Numbered from the stretch's first letter, positions 40,198 through 51,995 are shown. The stretch is DNA of 64,000 nt from Chiloscyllium plagiosum (GCF_004010195.1 NC_057726.1:69302608-69366607); one strand, 5' to 3'. Numbers and translations are program-made. Notes: generated from the letters alone by a model not told the origin.

Positions 40198-42512
40198 TCT
40201 ATAGCCACAGAAACACCCATTTTCACACAGAATCACTACAGTGTGGAAGCAGGCCAATCGGACCATCAAGTCCACACCAACTCTGTAAAGAGCAACGCAC
40301 CCAGACCTAAAATGCTGCATTTCCCGCGGTTAAGCCACATAACTTCCACACTCTGGACTTTATGTTCAATTTAGCATGGCCAATCCGCCTAGCCTGCACA
40401 GCTTTCGACTGCGGGAGGAAACTGGAGCACTCGGAGTAAACCCAAGCAGACAGGGGGAGAATGTTCAAACTTAATCCAGTCAGCCTGAGGCCAGAATCGG
40501 ACCCAAATGCTTTCAGCGTCATGGACTTTGCCTTTAGCTGCATTCCCTGCAACAGTTTTCCAACACGAGCAAACCATTATTGATTAGAACTGCCTCCTGG
40601 AATTTCCGGTCTGCCTGCTTCACCTCTTTCCTCGTTATCCTCCACGCTAACCCTGTCTGCAACTCCTTTGTCTGCACCACGTCAGAAAACGTGCCCACAC
40701 GTCATCTTTATTTAGCGTTGTGGTTGAACCTCTGAGAGTCCAAGCCGACGCGGAAGTTCCAAGACTCGGCACTCGAGCTGTTCGAATGGGCAGCATTTCC
40801 CTACAGATGTGGTCATCCCGACTTCCAGAACTAGGAGCACAGATTCCCACATGTTGCAGACAGTGCAACACATTATCTTAGGCTCCCTCTGACGTGTTCA
40901 GTTGAATTTAGAAAATCCTCACGGTAGCAATTCTTTTTTTTCTCTGGGGGCTGGAAAGTGGACAGTCGAAGGTGCAGCAATGTTTCTTGTGCTTGGATAA
41001 TTAGTCCAGTCTGCTGAGTGAGCTCCAAATTCTGGAGATGAAACTTATTTTATGGGAGCAAGAAAGAGACATTGGGGACCTGCCTTACAGCTGCCGAGGT
41101 TTGGAGCTGGTCTACTCATGGTGTGAATATATAATCATAAAAGAATGTAAAACAGATCGATTTCAGTGTATGTTGTCTCGAGAGGGCAAATGCCGCGCTA
41201 ATAAACGGCACCATTGTGCACAGTCCCCCAGTTGAAGGAGCCTTTGAAAGGACTTAAACTGTGAATTGTTACGTCTGCACTGATGCATTTGCAAACAGGC
41301 AGTGATTTTCACAATGTGGAATATTTAATCTCGTGTCGCCACCTATGGCCACAGAAACACCTATCTTCACATAGAATCACTACAGTGTGGAAGCAGGCCA
41401 ATTGGCCCGTCAAGTCCACCCCAACCCTGTAAATAATATCGCACCCAGACGTACAACACTGCATTTCCCACGGCTAAACCACCTAACATCCACACCCCTG
41501 GACATTATGTGCAATTTAGGGGTAAAAACAATGACTGCAGATGCTGGAAACCAGATTCTGGATTAGTGGTGCTGGAAGAGCACAGCAGTTCAGGTAGCAT
41601 CCAAAAAGCAGTGAAATCGACGTTTCGGGCAAAAGCCAATTCCTGATGAAGGGCTTTTGCCCGAAACGTCGATTTCGCTGCTCCTTAGATGCTGCCTGAA
41701 CTGCTGTTCTCTTCCAGCACCACTAATCCAGAATTATGTGCAATTTAGCAGAGCCAATCCGCCTAACCTGCACTTCTTTCGACTGCGGGAGGAAACCCAA
41801 ACAGACATGGGACAATGCTCAAACTTAACCCAGACAGCCAGAGGCCAGAATCGAACCCAAATCCTTTCAGCGTCATGGACTTTGCCTTTAGCTGCATTCA
41901 CTGCAACCGTTTTCCAACACAAGAAAACGATTATTGATTAGATTAGTCTCTCGGGCTTTCCAGGCTGCCTGCTTCACCTCTTTCCTCGTTGTCCTCCACG
42001 GTAACCCTGTCTGAAAAACGTCAGAAAACGTGCTATCCGTAGTTTTTATTTAGGGTTGCAGTTGAATTTAGAAATCCTTACGGTAGCAATTCTTTTTTTC
42101 TCTGGGGGCTGAAAAGTGGATAGTCAAAGGTGCAGCAATATTTCTTGAGCTTGGATAATTAGTCCAGTTTGCTGGTTGAGCTCCAAATTCTGCAGATAAA
42201 ACTTTTTTTTGTGGGAGAGCAAGAAAGAGACATTGGGAACCTGCCTTCCAGCTGCTGAGGTTTGGAGCTGGTCTACTCATGGTGTGAAGATATAAGCATA
42301 AACGAGTGTAAAACAGATCGATTTCAGTGTATGTTGTCTCGAGAGGGCAAAGGTCGCGCTAATAAGCGACACCATTGTGCATAGTCCCCCAGTTCAGAGG
42401 CCCGTCAGTTGAAGGAGCTTCTAAAAGGACTTAAACTGTGAATTGTTACATCTGCACGGATGCATTTGTAAACAAGCGGTGAATTTCACAATGCAGACTA
42501 TTTACTCTCATG
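40198..42512. repeat. ~1.15-kb tandem duplication (copy 1 ~40198-41335, copy 2 ~41342-42512), each copy starting with an HE1 SINE
   Basis: Shared starts (gccacagaaacacc...gaatcactacagtgtggaagcaggcc) and shared unique sequence (ggtttggagctggtctactcatggtgtgaa...cagatcgatttcagtgtatgttgtctcgagagggcaaa). Confidence 0.92.
41520..41732. mobile_element. PLE-derived palindrome with a 16-bp TSD and a near-perfect minimal hammerhead core at 41643-41670
   Basis: TSD attatgtgcaatttag at 41504-41519 and 41733-41748; CTGATGA-A-GGGC-tttt-GCCC-GAAA-CG-TC. Confidence 0.85.
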
Positions 42513-42557
42513 TGCAATGTGCGATATTCCCTTGAATAGCTATGTGTACTTTGATTG

Positions 42558-42612
42558 TTATCACTTCCGAGAAACCAATATTTGAAGTAGTCGCTTCGGT
42601 TATCTTGTGGTT
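42558..42612 (+). promoter_or_regulatory. Putative haematopoietic promoter module of gene B
   Basis: TTATCA (GATA) 42558-63, ACTTCCG (ETS) 42563-69, TTCCGAGAA (STAT GAS) 42565-73, CCAAT 42575-79, TTATCT 42600-05, TGTGGTT (RUNX) 42606-12; 110-165 bp upstream of the ATG. Confidence 0.5.
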
Positions 42613-42722
42613 TGTCAAATTGCAGCACGCCTATTATCAAATATTTTCACCACCAGCAGCGCATTGCAATGTTTCCAGTTAACTTGGACCAGGGGTGACC
42701 GAGGTTGTCAACCATATGCAAC

Positions 42723-42777
42723 ATGTTAGCACTTGATCTGTTGAATTACCTTTCGACATTAGGCATTATTTACATAG
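42723..42777 (+). CDS. Gene B leader exon
   Basis: gcaacATG...ATA G|gtatat; MLALDLLNYLSTLGIIYI(A); phase 1; 180-nt intron. Confidence 0.75.
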
Positions 42778-45700
42778 GTATATGCATTTAAGACTTTCAG
42801 ATCAGTAGAAGTGGAATAAGAACTGTGTGACGATCGCTGATACTTAATGTTTATTGTAGTTTCCGCTTTAGTTACATTATACAATAACGGTTTTATTTCT
42901 ATTTAATGCTCCTGAATTATCTCTGTTGATAATCTCTTTTGTGCTCATTTCTGACAGCCTCAGACACTGTGACCCCTTTCTCCTTGCATCAGGTCCCACA
43001 GCGTGTGACCGGAGTGAAAGGCGAAAACATTTCCATTAATTGCTCTGCGTCTTTATTCATGCCGAATGCAATGTTGGATGTTTATTGGTGGAAGAAAGGG
43101 CAACGCTCGACTTTTAGTATGACGAGAGAGAAAACGAAAATAGCGATGCCTTTTCACCAAGGATCTTCCGAGTTCCGCCTGATCAATGTGAGTTTCCAAG
43201 ATTCTGGGGTTTATTACTGCGGCGTTAAAAAAGGGCCAGGAATGATGTCTAATGGCACTGGGACTGAGGTCACAATATACGGTGAGTGATACTGAGGAGC
43301 TAAAGGGCTCTTTGAAATTAATCAGCGAATACCAGTGAATAAGCAAATGAAAATTTCTCTCAGTGCCCATCTGTCATTGTATTTGCAGCGAATGCTTTCT
43401 GGTGAAATAGCCGCATTTATTGCAGGAGTGTTCACATTTGAATGCCAGACTCAACCAATAATTTCTTTCTGAGGGATTATATTTTTGAAGCACCCCTTTT
43501 TAATGATTTTTTAGGCTGAGTAATGTTGGCATTGGCACTATTGGTTGCTTACCATTTAGAGAGTTTTCTTCTTCCCATTTCCCAATGCCTTCTTCCAACA
43601 TGATTGAAATTTTAATCCTACAGCAATAAACAATATGTAATATATTTCTAAGACATAATGGTGCCTGACTTGAAAGGGGTTGGAGGTCCTGGTCTACTCA
43701 TGAGGATGTAGTCCTTTTGTTTCCAAGTTACAGTACTTATATGGTGGTTGATGCTAAAGGCTAGGGACTCTAGTGGTGCAGCTGTAGTATCCTTACCTTT
43801 GTGACAGGCTATGACTTTCCAGCATCTGCAGTCATTACTATCTCCTTTGAGCCATTTAGCTTTGGTTCAAGTCCCACCTGTTCCAGAGGTATATAATAAC
43901 ATTCGAGTGCAAGGAGGAGAAAATGACGACTACAGATGCTGGAGATCAGAGTCGAGAGTGAAAGAAAAACAGGTCAGGCAGCATTTGCTCGCTCGGAGAA
44001 AGTTTCAGGCATAAGCCCTTCTTCAGGAATTCTGCCTGAAACGTCGATTATCATGCTTCTTGGATGCTGCCTGACCTGCTGCACTTTTCCAGCAACACAT
44101 TTTTCAGCATCTGCTCGCTCCACAATATCCCAATACAAGTTGATTAGGAAATATCTTGATGCACAAGCCACCTTGGTGAGTGGAGGCTCATTACTACCTC
44201 ACAGCGCTGGGGACCTGGGTTTGATTCCCGTGTTGACTGGCCGTCTGTATGGAAATTTCACATTCTACGTGTGCCTGTGTGGGTTGCCTCCAGGTACTCT
44301 GGTTGCCTCCCACAGTCCAAACATGGTGCAGGTTAGGTGAATTGGCTGTGCTGAATTGCCCACAGTGTCCAGGGATGTGCTAGGTGCTTTGGCTTTGGTT
44401 AATGCTGGGTTATCTGGATGGAATGCTCTTTGGAGAGTTGGTGTGTACTCGATGAGCTGAACAGCCTGCTTCCATACTGTCGGGATTCCATGGTGGCATG
44501 GATATTGCAGTTGGTGCAGACACGTGTAAAATTTGAAGGGTATGGCTGTTTAACATGGTGTGTGGAATGTAATTTTGTAAATTATGTTTTTTTTCCATGA
44601 AATCCAGTCCAGAATTGTTGCAACTAATTCCCCAAGACAATTAGAGAGCTTTCTATTAGATTCCTGGTTTGTAGGTAACGGAGAGAGTTTGACGAGATAA
44701 CAGTTCACCACTTGCTGCAGAATACTCCTGCTGCATTAATGTCAGCAACTGTGTGACAATCAATATTGGGCCTGAAGAAGGGCCTGTGCCCGAAACGTCG
44801 AATCTCCTGTTCCCTGGATGCTGCCTGACCTGCTGTGCTGTTCCAGCAATAAAGTTTCAACTTTGATCTCCAGCATCTGCAGACCTCACTTTCTCCTTTG
44901 TACCGGTGATACCCTCTCTTATTAGCAGTGCTACACCCCCTCCTATTTTTCAAGACAGTAACATTCTCATAAACAAACCCTTTGGTAATAAGGTAGATTC
45001 AAACACAGACTCTTACAGGCAGGACTCCAATCCAGGAGGGAAATGCAACAAGAGAGATTTCAGACCAAGGCAGTTCGCAATCATTTACTGAAGCTTGCAA
45101 CTCCGATGTCGTGTGACTGCCACAGCTAAAAAAAAGAACTAGAACCTGAACTGGGAGAACTGGACACTCCCTTTCCAGTGTTAAACTGTCTTGAAAAAAT
45201 ACTGATTCAGGCTGGCTCCCTAGCCGCTTCGGCACTTCTACCTTTATAACCTCTCTTCAAACAAAAACCCAGAAGAAAATAAGCTTTTTAAAGTGACAGC
45301 ATTGTCACAACAGTGATGATAGATTTATGGATGTTTGTTTGGTCTTCGTGACATTGAGTTCCTGACATAAATTCCTGCAGTGAGGGTTGAAATGTTACAT
45401 GGGCAGGTTCTGTTTAATTGGGTCATAAGTTAGGGACAGTGTAGGCACAAGCTTTTCCCTCATCGGGTTTAGGTAAAAAAAAATAAAGAAATATGGTATG
45501 ATCAGATTTAAATAATTTAATTAGGAGAACGTGAGGACTGCAGATGCTGGAGGTCAGAGTCAAAAAGTGTGGCGCTGGAAAAGCACAGCAGGTTAGGCAG
45601 CATCCGAGGAGCAGGAGAATCGATGTTCCGGGCATAAGCCCTTCATCATCCAGTGCCACACTTTTTGACTTCAAACACTTCAAGCTAAAAAATCACACAA

Positions 45701-48700
45701 CACCAGGTTATAATCCAACAGGTTTATTTGGAAGCACTAGCTTTCGAAGCATTGCTCCTTCATTAGGTGGTTGTGGGGTATAAGATCCTAAGACACAGAA
45801 TTGACGCAGACACTTCAAGCTATTTATGGTGATTGAAACTCCAACTCTGAAATGATTTGCCTTCCAGGCATGTAATCTTGCTTCTGTTGTCTTTGGTATG
45901 GCATGAAACGTGTTTTCAACTTATTTCCTTTGGCTTATTCACAGTGCCTCCAACTCCAATAACGATTACTCGACTGTCCTCTCCATTCCTTAAACTTCTC
46001 TGTACGACAGCTAGCTTCTTCCCAGAAGAATTTAACCTTACCTGGTATGAAAATGACAGAAAAATTACATCTGGAATAAATACTACAAAGTTTCAGGAAA
46101 AGGAGGGATTACATCAAGTTTCCAGCTCCTTATATCCTGTGGAGATCGGGTTGGTTTATACTTGCCAAGTTTCTCATGTTTCACTAGTGGACCCAGCCAA
46201 TGACAGCTACTTGGTTTCAGATCAGGGTAAGAGTCTCAGCTTCTTCATATTTCCCTGAACTATAATTTGTTAGATTTAAGGGGGCAATATCAGCACTCTA
46301 ATTTCTGTTGCAGATTATTGGAGACAGAGTAACTACATGATTGACAAGAGATTGACTTCAAGTTTTTTTTAAAAAATCATTGGATAGCATGGAAGGAAGC
46401 CACTTTGTTTATTTTGCATTGTCATGTTCTTTGTCATGCTATTCTATTTGGCCCACGCATCCATTTCATCGCAATAAATTCTCCCTTTAGGTTTTATTCC
46501 AATTCTTTTTCAAATGTGATCATTGAAACATCTTTCCTGCTTTTAGAAACAAAAGATTCTGAATTATAACACATTATATAAGTACAGCTGCCCCCATTCC
46601 CTTGCCAAACGTTGCCTGTTTGTGTGCCAATTACTCTAAATACACACCCTTTGATAACCAACCATTCCACCACTCTTTTTCTTTACTGTATTTAAATATT
46701 GATTTTAAACTACTATATCAATTTGTCTTAATCATTGCAGCACCATGAAGAACAGTGCTGGCTTCTCCACTGATTTTACAGAATGAAAATCCCTTGTGTC
46801 ACTCTGTTCGTATGTTCGTATGTGCATATGCACGCCTATGTACTATGAGGATATTCTGTTTTGGCAACCTATTCAGATTCTATAATTTAGTCATGCTTAA
46901 TCCCACTCCAATCTCCATTATTCTTCAGAATCAAATGAATCCCTTTAATTTAAAATTCTATTCACCAAGTCTCTTGCATTTTCTCAACATGTCTGTGTTT
47001 TGAATATCCCATAATAAGTACAAAGAGGCTATATATATATATATATATATATATATGCCAAGCCACATCATTCATATGTATCTCTAACAATGCTCCTCAT
47101 ACAGAGAAATGTCTCTGATGGCTCTCCAACCAAAAGAAAAACAACTGCCTGAGTCCTTCTCTAGCATACAGATGCATGAAGAGAGACAGGCAGAAGTGTT
47201 GAGGTATATTAAGCCCCCGCATATATTCACAAAATCAGCATGAACAAATCTTACATGCATATAACATAAACATTAATAAAGTTAAACATGATAATTATGC
47301 TGAACAAAATGCTAAAATGATCAGAAAATTGAATTGTGTGTTCTTTAATCCAAGTTTGCTCAGTTAATACTGTCATAGAACCTCTGGATAAATGGAGAGT
47401 TTATTAGATTGGTGAGAGGCGATGGGTTTGATGTGTCAGTGTGGCCTGTTATCTGTTGTTGCTTATTATTTAGCATCATTTGCTCTTTAAATGCTAATGT
47501 TCACATTCTCTGTCATCTTTAGGTAAAAAAGGAAATGGTTTCTCCTATGCCTTAGCATTCAGCTGGATAGCAGGGGGCTTTATAATTTTGGTTCTAGCAA
47601 TTGTTGTCAGGCTGTACAAACTAGAGAGATCTCATGGTAAGACTGATTTAAAATTGTCTTTTAACATTAAGTGTACTGCAATGGTGCGGAAGTAGAGGGG
47701 TAGGTTATGACATCAACAGGCCACTGTAATGAGATAGTTTACCACACTGATAGGGCTCATCAGGATAACTTCAACAAACCATAACTGAATTGTAAGATTT
47801 TTATGTGATAAATGACAATGAGAAATAGAATGTGTATGTTAAATATGTTTGATGCTGGATTGAATAAAGAAGACGCAGCAACCATGAATCAGAAAAACAA
47901 ATTAGTAAAACAAGACAGAAATATTTCAGCTACTCAACTGATCAGACAACATCAATGGAGATAAAAGCAGGGGTAATACTTCAGGATATGAACATAGGAG
48001 GTATGATTAGTAAATTGCAGATGACACCAAAATTGGAGGTGTGGTGGACAGTGAAGAAGGTTACCTCAGAGTACGACGGAATCTTGATCAGATGGGCCAA
48101 TAGATCAAGGTGTGATAGATGAAGTTAAATTTAGATAATTGTGAGCTGCTGCACATTGGAAAAGCAAATCAGGCAGGTCTATACATTTAATGCTAAATTC
48201 CTGGGGAGTGTCGTTGAACAAAGAGACCTTGGAGTGCAGGTTCATAGTTCCTTGAAAGTGGAGTTGCAGGTCGATAGTATGGTGAAGAAGGTGTTTTATA
48301 TGCTTGCCTTTCACGTCAGAGCATTGAGTATAGGAGTTGGGAAGTTATGTTGCAGCTCTGTGGGACATTGGTTAGGCCATTTTTGGAATAGAGTGTGCAG
48401 TTTTGATCTCCCTGCTATAGTAAGGACAGCCTGAAATTTGAAAGCGTTCAGAAAAGATTTACAAGGATTTTGCTAGGGATGGAGGCTTTGAGCTCTCGGG
48501 AGAGGCTGAATACACTGGGACAAATTTCCCTGGAGTATCAGAAGCTGAGGGCCTTACAGTAGTTTATAAAATGATGAGGGGCTCACAAACAAGATTTTTT
48601 CCCAAGGGTTCGGGAGTCCAAAGCAAGCTGGCATTGTTCTAAGGTGAGAGGTGAAAGATTTAAAAGGGACCTAAGGAGCACGTTTTAATGCAGAGAGTGG

Positions 48701-51700
48701 TGCATGTATGGAATGTGCTGCCGGAGGAGGTGGAACAGTTGCACCATTTAAAAGGCATTTGGATGGGTATATGAATAGAAAGGGTTTGGAGGTGTATGGG
48801 CCAAATACTGGAAAATGGAACTAAGTATTTAGGATATCTCGTCAGCATGGAAGACTTGGACTGAAGGGTCTGTTTCTGTGCTGTATATCTTTTGGACACT
48901 ATGATTGTATGACACATTTTTAGAACATTAACTCTGTTTTCATTTCCACAAATAATGTCTGACCTGCTAAATATTTCCAGGAATTTCTGTCTTTATGTAA
49001 TACTTCCAGCATTTACTGTATTTTACTTTTGCGAAAAGTAAAATTGATCACATCTCAACCAGCGGTAGAATTGGGTATTAATTTTTTATTGGTGATTATG
49101 CTGCTCATACTGCTCAAATTTTGGGTTTTATCTTTTTTCACAGACATACCTGACATTTTGAAATTCATTATTGGTGTACATTTGTTCTGTGGCAGGTGAT
49201 GCAGTTGCTGAAGAAATTGACAGCCGGGTTGAGGAGCAGGTCAGTTTGGTCTGTTTTTATAAAACCCAGGCGACTTTTGCAGTGCACTTGATGCTTTCAC
49301 CTGTCGTAGGTATATCTATTTTCCTGGTAGGTCAGAAAATCACCAACTAATTGTGGAAAATGTGCCAAACAGAATTCATTCATGTAACCCTCAGAATCCT
49401 GAGGGAATATTATAAATCCCATTGTTTCCAATGCTCATTCGGCATTTATCTAAATTCTTTACAAGGCATAGTCTGCTTGTTTTTGTAATAAGAATGATAA
49501 TCCCACCTGTTAATATCTGAACGGCTGCTGAGTGTTGACTGCTGCTGCTCTGTATCAGGGATTTGACTGATACAGATTAGTTCAGATCTTTAGCAGAAAA
49601 ATGCATCTTCAAAATTAAGCAAACTCAGAACTTGAATATCCAATAACCAGTAAGTGGACATGCGCCACTCCTTACCTCATCTGGTCAGGATGCGGAATGT
49701 AACTGTGAATTAGAATTAGCATTCAGATAAATGACATCAGCTCAAAGTTAGTGGTCGCAACTGTCCTCAGTAGAAAGTTATTGATTGGCCAATGTCATTT
49801 AAGGAGCAAAAACAGATATTACTGGAAAAATTCAGCAGGTTTGGCAGCATCTGTGGAGAGGAAACAGAGTTAATGTTTTGGGTTGAATGCCCCTCCTTTG
49901 GAACTTTTCAGAACTTGTTCAGAAGGGTCACTGGACCTGAAACATTAACTTTTTTTTGCTACAGATGCTTCCAGGCAAGGATCAGGCAGGACTTTGGAGA
50001 GTTACAAGTGGCCAGGAAGGAACTGTACATAGATTCCTGAACGTTGCAACCCAGGTTGATAGGATTGTTAAGGAAGCAAACGGTGTCTGAGCTTTTATTG
50101 GTAGAGGGATTGAGTTTCAGAGCCAGAAGGTCATGTTGCAGCTGTTCAAAACTCTGGTGCCTCTGCACTTGGGGTATTGCATATAGTTCTCGTTATAGGA
50201 AGGCTGTGAAAGCTTTGGAATGGATTCAGAGGTGATTTATTATGATGTTGCCTGGTATGGAAGGAAGGTCTTATGAGGAAAGGCTGAGGCACTTGAGGCT
50301 ATTTTCATTCAAGAGAAGAAGACTTTGAGGGACTTAATTGAGATGTATAAGATAATCGGAGGGTTAGATAGGGTGGACAGTGAGAGCCTTTTTCCTCGGA
50401 TGGTGATGGCTAGCATGAGGGTACATAGCTTTAAATAGAGAGGTGATCAATATAGGACAGATGTCAGAGGTAGTTTCTTTACTCAGAGTAGTAGGGGCAT
50501 GGAATGCCCTGTTTACCATTGTAGTAGACTCGCCGATTTGAAGGGCATTTAAAAGGTCATTGGATATACATATGGATGAAAATGGAATAGTGTAAGGTAG
50601 ATAGGCTTCAAGGATGTGGGTTTGCTCGCTGAGCTGGAATGTTCAGTTTCAGATGTTTCATCACCATACTAGGTAACTTTTTAAGTGAGCCTCCAGATGA
50701 AGCATTGGTGTTGTAGCCCGCTTTCTATTTATATGTTTGGGTTTCCTTGGATTGGTGATGTCATTTCCTGTGGTGACATCATTTCCTATGGTTATGTCAT
50801 TTCCTGTTCTTTTTCTCAGGGGTTGGTAAATGGGATCCAAGTCAATGTGTTTGTTGATAGAGTTACTGTTGGAATGCCATGCTTCTTGGAATTTTTGTGT
50901 GTGTCACTGTTGGCTTGTTCTTGGATGGATGTGTTGCCCCTGTCAAAGTGGTGTCCTTCCTCATCCGTATGTGAGAGTGTGTCGTGTCTTTTTGTGGCTA
51001 GTTGATATTCACGTATCCTGTGGCTAGTTTTCTGCCTGTTTGTCCAATGTCATATTTATTACAGTTCTTGCAAGATATTTTGTAAATAACATTAGTTTTT
51101 CTTATTGTCTGTATCGGGTTTTTCTAGTTCATGAGCTGCTGGTTTAGTGTGTTGGTAGGTTTGTGGACAACCATGATACCAAGAGGTCTGCGTAGTTTGG
51201 CAGTCATTTCTGAGATGTCTTTGATGTAGGGAAGACATAGGGAAGACCATATACAGACTTTTCTCATTGAAGCGAAGAAGAATGAGAGATGACTCGATAG
51301 AGGTGTTCAAGATGATGAGAGGCACAGATAGAGTGAATAGTCAAAGACTTTTCACTAGGGCAGAAACGGCTATCACAAGAGGGCATAATTTTAAGGTGAT
51401 TGGAGGCCGGTTTAGAAGAGATGACAGAGGTGGGTCCTTTACACAGAATGATTGGTGCGTGGAATGCACTGCCAGGGGTGCTACTAGAGTCAGATACAGT
51501 AGGGACATTTAAGCGACTAATGGAAATGCACATGGATAATAGTAATATGAAAGGTGTGCAGGTTAGTTTGATAAAAGAATAGGATAAAAGGTCAGCACAA
51601 CATCAAGGACCATAGGGCTGTACTGTGCTGTACTGTTCTATGTTCCATGCTGCAAAACCTGCTGAGTTTTTCTCACAATTTCTATTTTTGTTTCTGATTT

Positions 51701-51995
51701 CTAGCATCAGCAGTTCATTTAATGCCATTCAAGGCTCTGTGTGCTGTATTTGCTGACCCCAAATATGTTTTTTTGTTGATGTTTACCTGAACCAATTTTG
51801 CTTTTGTTTCAATTTGGTAAGTAACTGATATTCCTCACAAATTCTCCACAGGTCATCCATAAAGGAAAAGTGGAGGGTCCAACTTATGCTGATCTCCACT
51901 TCAATGAACACAGGAAAATGTGGAAACCCAGAAGTGAAAAAGAGGCTGTTGTTTATACAAACATAAATTACCATTCTGTCCAGGACCAACTCTGA
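42723..51995 (+). CDS. Gene B: complete 320-aa type-I IgSF receptor, leader-V(J-like)-C1-TM-ITIM (SIRP-like / antigen-receptor-like); join(42723-42777,42958-43281,45945-46226,47523-47636,49196-49239,51852-51995)
   Basis: All introns GT-AG; phases 1,1,1,1,0 are consistent; 963 nt open to TGA. Confidence 0.9.
42958..43281 (+). CDS. Gene B V-set Ig exon with a J-like G strand
   Basis: ctgacag|CC...TAC G|gtgagt; GENISINC...VYWWK...LINVSFQDSGVYYC...NGTGTEVTIY. Confidence 0.95.
43917..44112. mobile_element. PLE-derived palindrome (gene B intron 2)
   Basis: Inverted arms of the gatgctggagatcagag / ctgcctgacctgctg family. Confidence 0.75.
44165..44490 (+). mobile_element. HE1 V-SINE (old)
   Basis: cctcccacagtccaaacatggtgcaggttaggtgaattggc. 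Confidence 0.8.
44770..44897 (+). mobile_element. Single-arm PLE-derived element with a hammerhead-like core at 44772-44799
   Basis: CTGAAGA-A-GGGC-ctgt-GCCC-GAAACGTC. Confidence 0.75.
45522..45809. mobile_element. Two adjacent PLE-derived elements; the second (45688-45809) has a 13-bp TSD
   Basis: acacttcaagcta at 45675-45687 and 45810-45822; the second matches the 4353 Penelope terminus. Confidence 0.75.
45945..46226 (+). CDS. Gene B C1-set Ig exon
   Basis: ttattcacag|TG...CAG G|gtaaga; LLCTTASFFPEEFNLTW...YTCQVSHVSL. Confidence 0.95.
47030..47056. repeat. (TA)n microsatellite
   Basis: tatatata... run. Confidence 0.95.
47523..47636 (+). CDS. Gene B transmembrane exon
   Basis: tcatctttag|GT...CAT G|gtaaga; GKKGNGFSYALAFSWIAGGFIILVLAIVVRLYKLERSH; no charged residue in the hydrophobic core. 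Confidence 0.9.
47988..48900 (+). mobile_element. CR1 LINE 3' region
   Basis: ADDTKIGGVVDSEEG...; LGSVVEQRDLGVQVHSSLKV. Confidence 0.9.
49196..49239 (+). CDS. Gene B cytoplasmic linker exon
   Basis: ggcag|GT...GAGCAG|gtcagt; 44 nt; GDAVAEEIDSRVEEQ. Confidence 0.85.
50040..50610 (+). mobile_element. CR1 LINE 3' region
   Basis: Typical CR1 ORF2 end (tatgaggaaaggctgagg..., tggaatgccctg). Confidence 0.85.
50612..51240 (-). mobile_element. Second Penelope-like family (GIY-YIG 3' part plus degenerate hammerhead)
   Basis: Minus translation IGQTGRKLATG...LATKRHDTLS; a matching piece lies at ~11140-11238. Confidence 0.7.
51262..51650 (+). mobile_element. CR1 LINE 3' end
   Basis: KRRRMRDDSIEVFKMMRGTDRVNSQRLF. 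Confidence 0.85.
51852..51995 (+). CDS. Gene B ITIM exon with stop codon
   Basis: ctccacag|GTC...CTC TGA; VIHKGKVEGPTYADLHFNEHRKMWKPRSEKEAVVYTNINYHSVQDQL*. Confidence 0.88.
   Translation, partial: VIHKGKVEGPTYADLHFNEHRKMWKPRSEKEAVVYTNINYHSVQDQL

Noticed and set aside
42934-42971. RSS-like CACTGTG heptamer at the start of the V exon with a T-rich 'nonamer' 22 bp upstream
   Set aside because: The nonamer is only 6/9 and is simply the acceptor polypyrimidine tract; the position at the V 5' end makes no sense for V(D)J joining, and there is no partner RSS
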